A stretch of DNA of 64,000 nucleotides. Source: Octopus vulgaris (Eukaryota). Shown piece by piece: positions 25,482 through 38,586 of this stretch. Both the position numbers and the translations under genes were made by a program. The stretch is from positions 47,368,001-47,432,000 of the forward strand of contig OX597824.1 in NCBI GenBank assembly GCA_951406725.2, written 5' to 3'. The notes under the pieces were generated by a model. It did no database searches. It was given only the letters and a program-made list of their open reading frames with translations, and was not told where the DNA came from. Each line of letters begins with the position of its first letter. Position 1 is the first letter of the stretch.

Positions 25482-28400
25482 CACACACACATATTTGCAA
25501 ATGCAAATAAGTATACAAATAAAAATGACCACTCAACACATATAATGGGGAATCAAACAATAATAAAAGTATATCTATATAAATACATACACACACACAT
25601 GTGAGCACATAGGTACAGAATAAAGTGAATAAAATAGTGTGTGAATACCAAAAGGGGAGGAACATATAGTGTTTTGTTGAAGCTAAAAACTTCACAAACT
25701 GTTGCTCTGAGTTTCATGTAACTTTATCACCAGACAGAAGTGAACTTTTAGAACAGTACAACTGAGTAACAGTTTGTGGACTTTATCAGCTTCAATAAAA
25801 CACTGTACACATACACACACACACACATATATTCAAGGAACATAATTTTTATGATTTCTCACATTTCATCTGATTTCTTATTATATCTTACTCTAACTCA
25901 CTTTCTATTTGCACCTTTAAGTGAGCTTTCTTTTTCTCTCTTTCTTGATGGTTGAACCTTAAATTTTTAAATCTTCAATTCAGTTTTCACCCACCCCAAA
26001 ATCAATTTTTAAAAGGTATCATTTAGTTTCTTACATAATATATTTTAAAAAAAGCTTCTGAAATTTCCAATAGAAATTTTATTGAATTTAATTTTATGTT
26101 AAATATGTAAGATTTAAAGAATTAATTTTGTTTTAAGTGAAGATATATAATTAAGAATTTCAGAATTTAGAGATGAATGAAAATAAAACATAGAAGTAAT
26201 TTCAGAAGAATGTTAAAACCTTTTCTAAAACAATACTGCTGAATCACAATTTATACTACTGTAAGAAATAATAATAATAATAATTTTAATTTTAATAATA
26301 ATAATAATAATGATAATTAGTAAGGATTTTGAGATTGGTGCTTGGGTGTTGAAACTTAACATCCAAGTACCTAGTCTTATAATTTGCTTAAGAAACACTG
26401 TGCATCCTTTGACAACAGGCTTTCACAGATTCAACCAGAGCAAGTAAGACCGAGAGCTCTGAGAAGTAAAATATAATAATACTAATAATAATTTTTATCT
26501 GGGCACAAAGCCAACAATTTTGATGAGAGTGTGTTAGTTGATTGCATCAATGTCAATATTTGACTGGGTCATTTATTTCATGGACTACCAAATAGATGAA
26601 AAGCAAAGCTGACCTCACCAGGGTGTGAACTCAGAATATAAAGGGCCATATCTAAATAATGATGATGATTATTACATTTGTTCTTAACATAGACACTAGG
26701 CCAGAAATTTGATGGGAAGGGTTAGCCAATTAAACTGATCCCACCTCAGTACTTGACAGAAGTACCAGTCGAGTTATGGGGTCAAATATAGTGATTAACT
26801 CCTCCCCTAAAAATAGCTAGCCCTGCACCTAAATCAGAAACCAAACAACAACAATAATAATAATATTGACTATACACAAATTTTCCAGGGTAGTACATAG
26901 TCAATTGACTCAACCTCTGTATATTACTGATACCTATTTTATTCACAATTGAAGAATTAAAAAGTAAAGTCAGCTTCGGTAGGTTTGAACACAGAACATG
27001 AGGAGAAATGGTAGTCTGCAAGACTAAGTGGTGTCCAGTATTTTGTTTTGTTTCAACAGTAAAGTTAATAGTTATTGAATGTTGTTGTCCACCCCTTCCT
27101 CTCTTCCTTTCTCTTCATGTCTGCAGCTTACTTTGGATAATTATGGAATTGTTAAATTCTGAAAGACTTATATAAAATGTAAACCATTGTTATCACTGAA
27201 TAATTAGTTGTGTTTTGCTCACTGAAAAAGAAAAAAAATATCCTGAATAACAATTATCTTATGTTGTCATACAATCATTGAAATTTCTGTATATTTCTAA
27301 AAAGAAAATAAATATTGTTTGGGAAAAAAAGGAGTTCTGTTGTATTTGTATTTATTTTCAAATATTCATTTTTATATGATTTTGTTTTTAGTATTATTTG
27401 AGTCAACCCATATTTTGAGTTGTATCTATATATATTGGTTTCAAAGTTTGGCACTTGACCTGCAATTTCAGGGAGAGAGTAAGTCAGTTACATCAATTCC
27501 TATGTTCAACTGCTATTTATTTTATTGACCCCCAAAAGGATGAAAAATAAAGTCAACCTCAGCAGAATTTGAACTCAGAACATAAAGATGGATGAAATGC
27601 TGCTAAGCATTTTGCCTGGCATGCTAACAATTCTACCAGCTCACCACCTTTGTATATGTATATATTTTCATGTTCTCAGAATACTCCTGTACACTTCAGT
27701 ACTTCCATCCATCTTCTCCACCCACTATTCCTGAGAGAGTCCTCAGGTACCTTTTCAATAAGGTCCTATCAGAAGCAATGTCATCCTATTTTCCAACTGA
27801 ATTCCCAAGCACAACCAACTGAGATTATGGATATTATCCAAATATTTCATTCTTAGTTTACACCTAGGTCTCTTGCCAGTTGACTTGGCTTGAAGAATCT
27901 GTCTTGCGATTCTTTCCTGTAACATTCTAATCACATGTCCCTAGTATCAAAGTTGTGATCTCTCAATGTGGAGAAGCAACACCTTGACCTGGAGAGATTC
28001 CCTGATCTCTGAGCTACTCATCCTGTAAAGTAATGTCACCTCACAGACCCATTGAAGGAACCCCATTTTGGTCACTTGTACTTGCAATCATACTCTTTCA
28101 GTCATTACCCAACATTTATAGCCATAGGTGAGGATAGGCATAAAAACCAAACTGAAGATGGCAAGTGTGGCTTTTTCATCAGCCTCTTTTCTTTTGATGA
28201 TCGAATGCTGGAGCTGGCACATTACTGTGCAATTTGAGCATCCAGTTTAGCCTCCTGTCTTCCAGCACTCAAGAATATGTCCCTGAGATACTTAAACTTC
28301 ACCTGTCTCAGTGACGTTCTCTTCCAACACAGTCAAATTGTTGGTATTTTGAACAGACTTTTAAAAATCACTAACAGATGTGCTTTGGACACACAGAAAT

Positions 28401-30443
28401 GAGATTATGTGATGGTGATCTTCTTTCATCAGGAGAATTGCTGACCAAAATGGAAAATGGAAACTGATTTCAAAATCATTGACTTCTTACTTCTGCAAAA
28501 GAGCTCAATTTCATAAGAAAAAGAAAAAATGTTCAAACTGTCTCAAACAACAAAAGACTGAAACTATATATCAACAGAAAACACAAAACCTGTTTGATTG
28601 ACCACCTATGTGTGATTGATGTGTGTGTGTGTTTATATCTCCTTATCTCAACATCACATGCTGATTGTTAAAAAAACATCATTGTCATACAAGCAGTGTT
28701 GTTCATTTGTAATCTTACACGAAAATATGTCCAGTCATTGTGCTGTTCATGTTCAAAGGACTGGAGGAAATATCAACTTGCTTGGATGAAGGTGAAGATT
28801 GACTATATGCTCTTCCTAGAGCATATAGCCATAGAAAATTCTGCTCAACAAATATTCTCTTATCTATGCAAGTTGCTTGTTAGTTTTTGGAACTGAGGGG
28901 GCCAGTGATCAGTTTCCTCCTCCCAACAACAGTTCACATGCAACTCTGGAAGGAGTTCAGATCAGGAGAACGTATATCTTGTCCCTGATGTCTTCATACA
29001 TCGCACATCAGATAGTGAACAACATCATCTGTATATTTCTAAAGAGAAAATAAATATTATTTTGAACAAAAAAAAAGTATCGTATCTATATATTTTTTCA
29101 TGTTTTCAGAGTACCAACATTCAACACAAAGGAGCCATCTGTATTCAAAAAGTTGTAATTGATGACTAAAGCTATAAACATGTCATGTCTTTTCATTTAC
29201 TGTACTGGATTGAAATCTGATGCTGTCAAAACATCTAAGAAGGAAATGAGAAAATTAAAATTTGATGCATTCTATTATATTAGATCATCTTCAATTTATG
29301 GCCCACTAAATTTTGTTCATAAATACCGAGTACACTTTATATGACAAGGGACTGGGATGACTGATGATATGTGGTTTTCAAGAAAATCCTTGGGCCTTTT
29401 GCCAAACTTCCTCCCCAAGAAGCCCTCATCACCTTTCACCTAACTGCAGTTTTTACTTGATACTACTAATCTTTCTCACAACCAGAACCCATTTCCCTTG
29501 ATAGCCATCCCTGATCCTTAACACTGCCCTCTCCATTAACATTTTACATTGCTCCATTTTGCCTGTGCCACTAAATCATCTCATCTCATCTTCTACATCA
29601 CTACATATGTTTCTCACTCTCCCTAAGCACTATGCCTGCTTCTCTCTTCTCCCCTTACTCTTGCAACTTACCTAACCACTTATCTCCCTCACTTGTTCTC
29701 TCTCTCTCTTTCTCACCCTGTTTACTGTATCATCATTACTATTCTTCTACTCTTCATAATCCCACATCATTGCCCAATCCCACCTCTTACCTGCCATTTG
29801 CTACACCCAACCCACAACCTTACCCAATCTCTACAGTTGTCACCTAAACTTTCATTCAACACTTGTCCTTCATTCATTATATTCACCACCGCAACCATTC
29901 TCCATCTGTCACTCTTCCAGAGACTCCTGCAATCACCACCCACTCACACTTTTCTGTCCCATGCATTTCTACTCACATCATACCTTGAGGATCCCCACAG
30001 ATGCTGCATCACCAGTATTTGTATTTCTTCCCACTTCACCCAGAGCATAACCCCTATCCTCTCTTCTAAAATGTGAGCAGCCACATAACCCCTCTACATC
30101 AAGAATTCTGTTTTGTCCTGGTCCCTTCTCTTATATTTTAACCCCTCACCTCCTAGCTTAAAGATAACTTTCTTGGAGTTCATATTCTTTGCAGGCAGTA
30201 CAGTGATCTCACTAGTATTTGCAGCCCCCCAAAAGCACCCAGTTTGCACTGTAAAATGGTTAGTATTTGGAAGGGCATCCAGCCATAGAAACTAGTCAAT
30301 GTAGACAGTAAAGCACAATGCAGTCTTTGGTCTCAACAACCCTGTCAAACCCATGTCAGTATGGAACAAAGATGTTAGAAGAAGAAGAAGAAGAATCATG
30401 CAACACTTTCAATAGAGTACATATCTATTAATTTTTAGAAGGA

Positions 30444-30583
30444 AAAGGTTGATAGTGACTTCAGTGTTTAAGCTTACTAGCTATCATCAGACTGTCTGAT
30501 GATGGCTAGTAAGCTTAAAAGCTATCATCAGACTGTCTGATGATGGCTAGTAAGCTTAAACACTGAAGTCATTGTCAACCTTT
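30444..30583. repeat. Palindrome with an internal 41-bp tandem duplication
   Basis: aaggttgatagtgacttcagtgtttaagcttactagctatcatcagac pairs with its reverse complement; unit 30479-30519 is repeated exactly at 30520-30560. Confidence 0.85.
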
Positions 30584-31310
30584 AACTTGTAAAAATAAAA
30601 TACGTTGAAGTGTTGTTTTACAACTGGGTACAGTTCCTGTTGCTAACTTCTACCTCTTTTTTATAAATTATTGAGAAGAAGGACATCAATAAGACCTTTG
30701 TAAATTGAGAGTCGATTTGGTGATGGTCTTCATGGTTTGAATCATACTGTCACATCAACAGACTTAGTGGTATGTCCTGATTCTGATTGTTGAATTGATT
30801 GCATAAATAGAAAAGCAGAAAGTAATATAAAATGTCAACATACAAAGAAGTTTTCAAATACAAGGACTTTAAAAAGTTGTGAGCAAGGATAAGAATGAAA
30901 GCATACAAAATTTTCAAAGATGTATATTTTCAACTCAATGTGTTGTTTCAGAGATCAGATATCACAAAACTCGTCCCCTGTTGATCTATTGTTGTTAAGC
31001 ATCCAATTACACTAGGAACACTCAATGCAGAGTTCCAAACAACCACAACAGTGAAACATATGTAGGGAACAAATGATATAAACTTGTGTTTATCATCATT
31101 TCTCCTACATTATTTCTGTATATCATAACCAGTAATATTAATAGTTAGTAGACAATTAGCAAAGAGTTGATGAATAAACTAGAAGAAAAAAGAATATGGT
31201 TTATATAGAATTTGATATAAGGAAACACCCTTTTGAAGATTAAAGTGAAACCATTTTTGATTGCTGATTAAATAAGACTTTAGCAGCATGGATGAAGCTA
31301 CCTGTCGTTT

Positions 31311-31718
31311 ATACTCTTTACTCTCTTTTACTTGTTTCAGTCATTTGACTGCGGCCATGCTGGAGCACCGCCTTTAATCGAGCAACTCGACCCCGGGACT
31401 TATTCTTTTGTAAGCCCAGTACTTATTCTATCGGTCTCTTTTGCCGAACCGCTAAGTAACGGGGACATAAACACACCAGCATCAGTTGTCAAGCAATGCT
31501 AGGGGAACAAACACAGACACACAAACACACACAAGCATATATATATACACATATATACGATGGGCTTCTTTCAGTTTCCGTCTACTAAATCCACTCACAA
31601 GGCTTTGGTCGGCCCGAAGCTATAGTAGAAGACACTTGCCCAAGGTTCCACGCAGTGGGACTGAACCTGGAACCATGTGGTTGGCAAGCAAGCTACTTAC
31701 CACACAGCCACTCCTGCG
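31311..31718 (-). mobile_element. Full-length tRNA-derived CORE-type SINE
   Basis: Minus strand has an A-box (TGGCTGTGTGG), a B-box-like GGTTCAGTCCC, CORE-like CCTTGGGCAAGT and a (GAGTAAAA)-type tail. Related heads near 48990 and 53745. Confidence 0.8.
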
Positions 31719-32764
31719 ATATTTCTGTGATATGTCCTGTGATATTTTCATATCTGGATGAGAGACTGATATAGTTTAGTGATTTGTTGTGGATTTAACT
31801 CATTAGCATTTAAACAGGCCATATCCAGTCAAAATTTTCTGTTTTCTGTTGAAACTGACCAGATCTGGCCTCTTACACCTACCTTACAAAGATTTTTAAA
31901 ATCACATCATCCAATTCTCAAAGTTACAATATAATGCATATTTAATTCAAACCAATGTGAATAAATAGGCATGCATTTGACAGAGTAATCTGAACATTCA
32001 AAGGTTAAATACTCAATATAGTTCCTTGGCACTGCAAAAGGAAGAGGAAACTGTTAAAACTTGCTGAAATCATTGTGATCTGCAACTGACAGCTGGGAAT
32101 ATTCACTGACATAAATTTTGTCTATATCAGTCACATATTTTAGATAATAAAACAAAACATTAATTTTATAGCATGTTTATAAACAGCTTTGAAAAATTTT
32201 AGATAACTGAAATAGTGTATAAGTATATTCCATATACACCTTTGGTATACATAAGTATGTGTGTCATAGGTATGACATGAATAAATATTCAGGATAGACA
32301 GCAGGTATTAACAAAACACAGTCAAAAAATGGCCTTATCATTGAGACATTGCACAACTCCTCTTGGCTCAAAACTACCAATATATATATGTCAAGTACAA
32401 AAGCATCTCCAGCTGTTTTGAAGAAACAAGGCCACCAGCCTTGACAATGTCACTTCAAACAATATGTCTCACAGTTAACCCTATTTCTATCTGAATCTGT
32501 ATCTCTCCCTCTACCCCCCTCTCTCTCTCACTCTCTCAAGATGTACATACCAATCTTTCAGAACCTACTACAGTGCATTCCTGTTTTTTTACAGTGTCAT
32601 TTGCAACAGCTTGAATATTTCTTCCCTCTTAATTATCCTCTGAATGGGTTCTGTAGAGGCATGCTTTTACTCTTGAGAAATTTAATAAAAACAATGTTCT
32701 TTCACCTGACATCAGCAAAGCATTCAGTCAAATATGTGTGGTATGAATCTCCTTGCAAAACAGA

Positions 32765-33736
32765 CATGTTGAGAGGAAAATAAGTTGGGATGAGATATGG
32801 AAGTGGACAACATCTCAGCTAAGTTTCCTGATTCGTTCATCTTATGATGTTTTGCCACCACCTACGAATCTAGTAAGATGGAACATCTCAGAGAATGGCA
32901 TGTGCAAAACATATTCTTTCCAATTGTTCTTTAGCATTGAACAGGTATACATGGAGACACAACTTGGTCCTTAAGGTTATCTTTAATGCTATAAAGAACC
33001 AACTTCATCTCAACAACACTGAGAAAAAACCATTAAAAGTACCATCTAGAGATTTTGTTACCTTCGTGCGATCAGGTCAGCAGATCCGTTTCAAGAAGAT
33101 CAAGAAACTTCCAGTGAGAGATGAAAAGTGGAACGGCTATTGGGAGGTGACTGCAGATTTACCTGGGTGCCAAGGATTCTTTCCCATCCCAATTACGAAA
33201 AAACCAGACATTTTGATGTGGTGTGAAAGACGGAAGGTTGTAAATCTAGTCGAGTTAACGGTTCCTCATGAAGATAATATGGACGCCTCTCAGGCTCAAA
33301 AGATTGACTGTTATGTAAACCTCCTCAAGGAATGTGAAGACGCAGGCTGGAAAGCAGAGCATTTTCCAATCAAAGTTGGATGTAGAGGGTTCGTTGGACT
33401 CAGTGTGAGATGACTGTTGTTATCGTTAGGCCTAACTCATCGTAAAGTCAATACCACCATGACCGATATCCAATCTACAGTGGAGAAGGCTAGCCACTGG
33501 ATTTGGTTAAAAAGAGATGATGAGCAATGGCTAGAAGAATATTGAGCTTTATTTGATAACCAGCTGATTGAGCAAGCGGGGCCTCATATTAGTGAGGGGA
33601 GCCGGTGCGCATTGATGCCGTCGTGAGGTAGGCCCCGAAACGGCACGCATTCTCTCCTGATGACCCCATACACTTGCTGGCTTCTGGTATGTGGAGCTTT
33701 TGACTGGTAGCACTTGCATGTGCCAGTTGTTTGCAA

Positions 33737-33740
<4 letters not shown>
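32765..33740 (+). mobile_element. HERO-like (R2 group) non-LTR retrotransposon 3' fragment with RLE endonuclease
   Basis: SFLIRSSYDVLPPPTNLVRW, HILSNC..RYTWRHN, KPDI..VELTVPHED..K, VGCRGFVG and EKASHWIWLKR; a 3' UTR then (TA)n. Confidence 0.85.
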
Positions 33741-33778
<38 letters not shown>

Positions 33779-33809
33779 TATATATATTTGTATATATATA
33801 TATATATAC

Positions 33810-34610
33810 ATGTGTGCAAACTGCCATGCTTCACGGCAGTGAAACATGGGCTGTGACTGCGAAGGACATGCGTAGGCTTGAAAGAAATGAAGCTAGCATG
33901 ATCCGCTGGATGTGTAATGTCAGTGTCCATGCACAACAGAGTGTAAGCGCCCTGAGAGAAATGTTGGGCATAAGAAGCATTGGATGCAGCGTGCAGGAGA
34001 GACGATTGCCTTGGTATGGTCATGTACTACGGATGGATGAGGAGAGATGTGTGAAGAAGTGCCACTCCCAAACTGTTGAAGCAATACGGGGTAGAGGTAG
34101 CCCCAGGAAGACATGGGACAAGGTGGTCAAGCATTACCTTCGTACTTTGAGTTTCACAGAGGCTATGACGAAAGACCGAGACCTCTGGAGATATGCTGTG
34201 ACATCGAAGACCCGACAAATGAAGTGAGTTCATGACTCGTAGGACGGCCTGCTATGCTAACCTTGGATTGTAGAGTGACCCATTGTTCTTGAGGAGACCT
34301 ATTGAGTCAAGTACATCGACATCAAAATAAAAATTCAAATAGAAATCGTAGTTAAGACACCTGTGCTGGTGACACGTAAAAAGCACCATCCAAACGTGGC
34401 AGATGCCAATGCCACCTGACTGGCGTCCGTGTCGGTGACACGTAAAAGCACCAACCGAAGTGGTTGGCGTTAGGAAGGGCATCCAGCTGTAGTAACACTG
34501 CCAAATCAGACTAGAGCCTGGTGCAGCTTCCATGGCTTACCAGACCCCCGGTCAAACTGTCCAACCCATGCTAGCATGGAAAACGGACGTTAAATGATGA
34601 TAATGATGAT
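33810..34610 (+). mobile_element. RTE LINE 3' fragment with 3' UTR and (GAT)n tail
   Basis: CVQTAMLHGSETWAVT..RRLPWYGHVLRM..GRGSPRKTW, same family as 61300-62203. Confidence 0.88.
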
Positions 34611-34925
34611 ATATATGTAATATATAGATCAATTTTAGTAAATAAATAAATAGACATAATATAATGTCTAAAAGTTGATGAATACCACCAATTGATCTCC
34701 TCCATTTTCTTATTGCTCTAAAAATTAATAGTAATGGTAAAAGATCTCTTTACCCTCACCCATTTAGTACATTCGGTAATGTAATTGCAATGCAATAAAA
34801 AATACTTGTGTATTAATAATTGGGTATTCTACCAGCAGTATATTGGATAGATATTATCCCTTAGTTGGTTGGATTCACAACCTCTAACTTTCTTGGAATA
34901 TGTAATATATATATATATGTATATG

Positions 34926-34984
<59 letters not shown>

Positions 34985-35279
34985 GATAATAATAATATTA
35001 GGGAGTAAATCCAAACTTACAGGGAAAAATTAGGATTAAATCTAATTTTACAGTATAAATATATATATTAAATTATATATATATAAATTTTAACTTTAAA
35101 TTTAAATAATTTAAATTTTGAATTTTATATTTTATATATTTTGTATATTATATTAATTAATTTTATTTCTATGTTTTGGTTTATGTTTTTCACTGTTTTA
35201 TTTGCATAATAGTGGTTTTATCTCTAATTTAATATATATATATATATATACACTATATATGTGTGAGTGTGTGTGTGTG

Positions 35280-36051
35280 TGTGGTGGATCTTGCTTGCAT
35301 GAAGTGGATTCGATCCACTATAGCCAAATTTAAATTAACACTGCAACAGATCTTTTCCCACGATGGAACAATGGATTTTCTCTGACAGCAGTTTTACATC
35401 TTCCAGATGCCTTTAGCTAGGCCGAAATAATGTCTTCACCACGTGACCCTTTCTAACCTCTTCTATTTCACCAAAAGCTAGAATAGAGATAACAAGACCA
35501 CCAACTAAATCTATTGTTTTCAATGGTATGTCTATCCTTCTGGATTGTTATAAAAGCAATAATACTGCAAACAAAAATCAGTTAGTCACCAGCTGGTGAC
35601 GACTCAACCAAGTTCATCACATCATGACAACTCAGTTAGTTGGGGAATGGACTGCTAGAATCATGATCACAAGGAATACCTCTAATGGTCAGCGAGAGAA
35701 ATGAAAATTAGTCAGCAGCTGTGAGACAACACCCTACAATTCTCTCTAGCTCTAATTCTGTTCTCTTACAACATCATTCTATCTGTCTCAGTAATTACTA
35801 CTAAACAATGAAGAGAACCCAAACTCAAACTTTACTTCGCATGCTTTTGGATGTATCAAAACCTTCCCGTCAAGGCAAGGTATTTGTAACGTAACGGTAA
35901 CTAAATACTTTCTTAAAACTTCATGCATTTTTCATCTTTTACATCCTACAGTATGCATAATAACAAACTTTTATCGTCACACCAGCTGACTACAACAATT
36001 CTTAATATTGTTTACCAATCCAATTTCTACCATTATATTTGGTGACCCTGA
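35280..36051 (+). mobile_element. Candidate old LTR followed by a tRNA-Trp-like PBS
   Basis: TGTGGTGG start and CCATTATA end (a decayed inverted terminus), then TT and TGGTGACCCTGA, identical to the Gypsy PBS at 7708-7719. Confidence 0.45.
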
Positions 36052-36280
36052 ACAAGAGCATTGCAGCCTTCCTAAGAACCAAAACTTTACTCATTACATA
36101 TATGTATATATATATATATATATTAAGGTATGTAGAAAAATACAACATGGACAAGAACGTATAACTCTTAGAAGACGATACAATAAACACGGACAGGACA
36201 TTCGAAACCCTCAGTCTTCAGTCAAGAACCGGATCATCGTAGTAATTTCGGCTGATTAATATATATATATATATATATTA

Positions 36281-37650
36281 CACAGCCTTTGAAATGATGG
36301 GAGGAATCTTTTTATGAAAAGAATCTTGAAAATTTACTCATTTTTTTTGCTCCATTGTCCCTCTGGATCAACTTTAGCCTTTTTTTTCTTTTTGCACTAC
36401 ACTCTTAGAAATGATGGGAGAAGCTTTTTCAGTAAAAATTAAAATAAAAAGTCTTTGAAAATATTTTCAGATAAAAAAGTTTGCGATTTAAGAGAGGTGT
36501 AGCTGTTGTTTCTAGCACATGCAATGACTTCCTGGTACCTTCTTTGTCTTTGTATTGATATTTTTCGATATTTTCTCTCCATAAACACATTTTGTTTAAC
36601 TCAAGGATGGCCCATTGCTGGGATTTAAGCCAAAATAAATTTGCAATTTAAAATTTTACCCTCCTCCTCCCACACCAGACAAAATATATTTACGAACAGA
36701 TAAGTATGCAATTAAAATAAATTATCTTTTACATAACTTTTTTTTTTAATCACTGTGGATAAATCCTAGCAATAACCTTAGCTCTGCAATATTTTAAAAT
36801 TATAAAGAGAGACTAGGGTGGGGGTAGGGGTTGAAAAATCATAAATTTTCAAAAAACTATTTTCAGTAGCATACTTTTCTGTTAGTAAATGCGTTTTTTC
36901 TGATACACACAGATACATGGACTTGCTTGGTGCAGGATGGGGAAAAGAAACGAGGAAAGTAGCAAGTTGTCCTGGCATGTGCTACGAACAATAGCTAAAT
37001 CTCCCTTACATCGCATGCATTTTTGTTTGGAAATATTTTCATAACGTGTATGTGCGTGTGTGTAAGAAAAACCTTTACTAGCCTTGTTTATAATTTTAGA
37101 ATATTGGAGAGCCTGAGAATGTCATTGCTGAGATTTATCCACAGTGATTTAAAAAAGGTATGTAAAAGATAATTACTTTAATCACGGAATTTTGTGTTAG
37201 TAAATATGTTTTTTCTTACAAGCACACATACGCGCCGCGGACTTGCTTGTTGCGTGGGTGGAGGTTAAAATTTAAATTACAATTTTTGTTGTTGTTTAAA
37301 TCCCAGCAATGGGCCACCCTTGGGCTAAACAAAAGGTGCTTATGGGGAGAAAATATTGAAAAGCACCAATACATGTCGTCAGAGTGACAAATAAACGGGA
37401 AAGGTACCAGGTAGTCGTGGGATGTGCTAGAAACAACAGCTACGTCTCCCTTAAATCACACACCTTTCCGCCTGAAAATATTTCCAAATATTTCTTTTCT
37501 TTTTTACCGAAAAGGCTTCTCCCATCGTTTTTAAAGTGCGTAATGCAAAAAGATTAACATCGGTCTGCGAAAAAAAAATCATTCATTTTCAAATTGTCTT
37601 ACATAGGAAAGCCTTTCCTCCCACCCCACCTCATCATTTCAAAGGCCGTG
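36281..37650. repeat. Large diverged inverted repeat (arms ~36281-36815 and ~37078-37650)
   Basis: Colinear reverse-complement blocks such as gcctttgaaatgat, gtagctgttgtttctagcacat, ggcccattgctgggatttaa and aatcactgtggataaatc. Confidence 0.85.
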
Positions 37651-37779
37651 GTGGTAAAAATGGAAAAATCCCCGTAACTCCGCCCAGATATAATATGTGC
37701 GAGCATACACACGTGCGAATGTTTTCTACACCTCTTGACAGCCACTAGTTAAACTGATTAAATACGAGGATTTCGAACT

Positions 37780-38016
37780 GGTACTACTAGAGAATAGTGG
37801 TCCCGGTGCGCGCACTCGCGCTAGCTAGTCTTGACTAGTTGATCCTTACTTTGTGTTTTATTTACTTTGTTTAACAAAAATTACTTACTTTGTGTAAAAA
37901 AATTATTTTGTGTTTTATTTACTTTGCTGGGTAGTCGTTGTAGAATCGACTAGTCACGACTAGCTAGCGCGGATGCGCGAGTGCGCGCACCGGGACCACT
38001 GTTCTCAAGTAGTACC
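37780..38016. mobile_element. CpG-rich MITE ~450 bp upstream of the L2HGDH start codon
   Basis: ~60-bp TIRs GGTACTACT..GTGGTCCCGGTGCGCGCACTCGCGC and the reverse complement; GAACT direct repeat at 37775-37779 and 38017-38021. Confidence 0.85.
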
Positions 38017-38464
38017 GAACTAGTTTGGGTCTCAGCTTTAGTACGGTTAGAATCATGCATGTTCTCTCACATTGTTTATATGTCAGTGAATATCCAGAAT
38101 AGATCATATAATGTCGATCTGCCATTTAGTATCCGTTGAAAATCACATCACACGCCATAGAGCATATGAGCTAATTTTACTAAATCAACACTAGATTGTG
38201 GAAGTTGACGGATATATAAACTGAGAAATCTAACCAGTTAGAAGTTAGTTGCCAATTTCTTTTGTAGGAACTTGTTTTAGGCCAAGGTTAAAAATACTTC
38301 TTGAATACAGTCAATATATATCCACACCTATTGTGCGCGTTAGTCTGTATGCGATCGTGCTAATGTTTCGTCTGGCTTTATCAGTGATTGTGTATCTTTT
38401 ATGAGACGGTAAATAAATGTAATCTGGGTCAAAGTGAAAGGAAAAAAAATTGCACACATCGAAT

Positions 38465-38586
38465 ATGGCAGCGACTGTATTAAGTAAAACATTGCTCAAT
38501 GCCAGAGTGGGTCTCAGTGTTCATTCTGGTTTTAAATGGGTTTTTCCTCGTCAAAACAGCGAAGTTTGTTCTGCAGAGCATACAAA
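38465..38586 (+). CDS. L2HGDH: L-2-hydroxyglutarate dehydrogenase exon 1 (transit-peptide-like)
   Basis: aatATGG start; MAATVLSKTLLNARVGLSVHSGFKWVFPRQ resembles a mitochondrial presequence; GTAAGT donor; phase 2 fits exon 2; CpG-retaining surroundings. Confidence 0.8.

Noticed and set aside
29380-30200. Ser/Pro/Leu/His-rich ORFs
   Set aside because: Pyrimidine-skewed low-complexity sequence with no recognisable domain or splice structure.
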